DNA of 64,000 nucleotides from a virus. The notes below the pieces were generated by a model. The model searched no databases. It was not told where the DNA came from and saw only the letters and a program-made list of their open reading frames with translations. Position numbers and translations under genes: made by a program. The stretch lies in IMG/VR virus record IMGVR_UViG_3300037067_022550; one strand, given 5' to 3'. Shown here piece by piece: positions 63,941 through 64,000 of the stretch (position 1 is its first letter; every line of letters begins with the position of its first letter).

Positions 63941-64000
63941 ACCTTCATAGCATCAATTCGTTTTTGAAGCTCATATTTGACAATTTGTTTTATTCCTTCA

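Noticed and set aside
1-64000. Alternative genetic code (TGA or TAG reassignment)
   Set aside because: Long conserved genes (hybrid kinase, ABC ATPase, AAA+, NrdD parts, NrdG) are uninterrupted under the standard code. The only break (nrdD) cannot be rescued by reading TGA, because two stops plus a TAG follow in frame.

Overview
The window is AT-rich (roughly 30% GC) and densely coded. It reads as a fragment of a large virulent (jumbo-type) bacteriophage genome, or a phage-like element. The host is not identifiable from sequence alone.

Layout:
- 1-4265 is a minus-strand operon: a partial CDS, an NHL-like beta-propeller, a 448-aa protein, a P-loop ATPase and a small partner.
- 4372-7002 (plus strand) carries an SLT lytic transglycosylase and a cytoplasmic hybrid histidine kinase/response regulator.
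- 7036-12127 (minus strand) carries anaerobic ribonucleotide reductase genes: nrdG, a glutaredoxin-like gene, and nrdD. nrdD is split by an apparent +1 frameshift.
- 12333-23718 is a plus-strand block. Gene order is a vWA lipoprotein, a PspA/IM30-like protein, a lipoprotein, a substrate-binding/OmpA fusion with ABC permease and ATPase, a coiled-coil protein, an AAA+ ATPase, two DnaJ-type zinc-finger proteins and an HPr-like phosphocarrier.
- 23719-24653 is a convergent non-coding zone with C-rich short repeats and a terminator for leftward transcription.
- 24654-64000 is a roughly 40-kb 'early-region-like' array of about 90 small minus-strand genes.

Features of the 40-kb array:
- At least 34 copies of a conserved sigma70-like promoter. 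On the gene strand it reads AAAATAATnCTTGACTT, then a 16-17 nt spacer, TAnnnT, then CTTATCAGAAA.
- Three tRNAs: Lys-UUU, a UAU-anticodon tRNA, and a split tRNA-Leu(UAA).
- Four homing endonucleases: LAGLIDADG, GIY-YIG and two HNH.
- Four prepilin-like (type IV pilin N-terminal motif) genes.
- A metallophosphoesterase and an HExxH metallopeptidase-like gene.
- One roughly 50% GC island gene for a lysine-rich protein.
- Paralogous small-protein families.

The most striking element is the tRNA-Leu(UAA) gene. It is interrupted at the canonical U34/A35 anticodon position by a 689-nt group I intron. The intron is clearly homologous to the cyanobacterial/plastid tRNA-Leu intron and carries a LAGLIDADG homing-endonuclease ORF.

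Other notable items are a perfect 101-bp tandem duplication that splits a gene, ORF-less promoter-driven GC-richer segments (candidate ncRNAs), and recurrent 11-bp palindromes in non-coding hubs.

All calls are from reading the sequence by eye. No searches were run.
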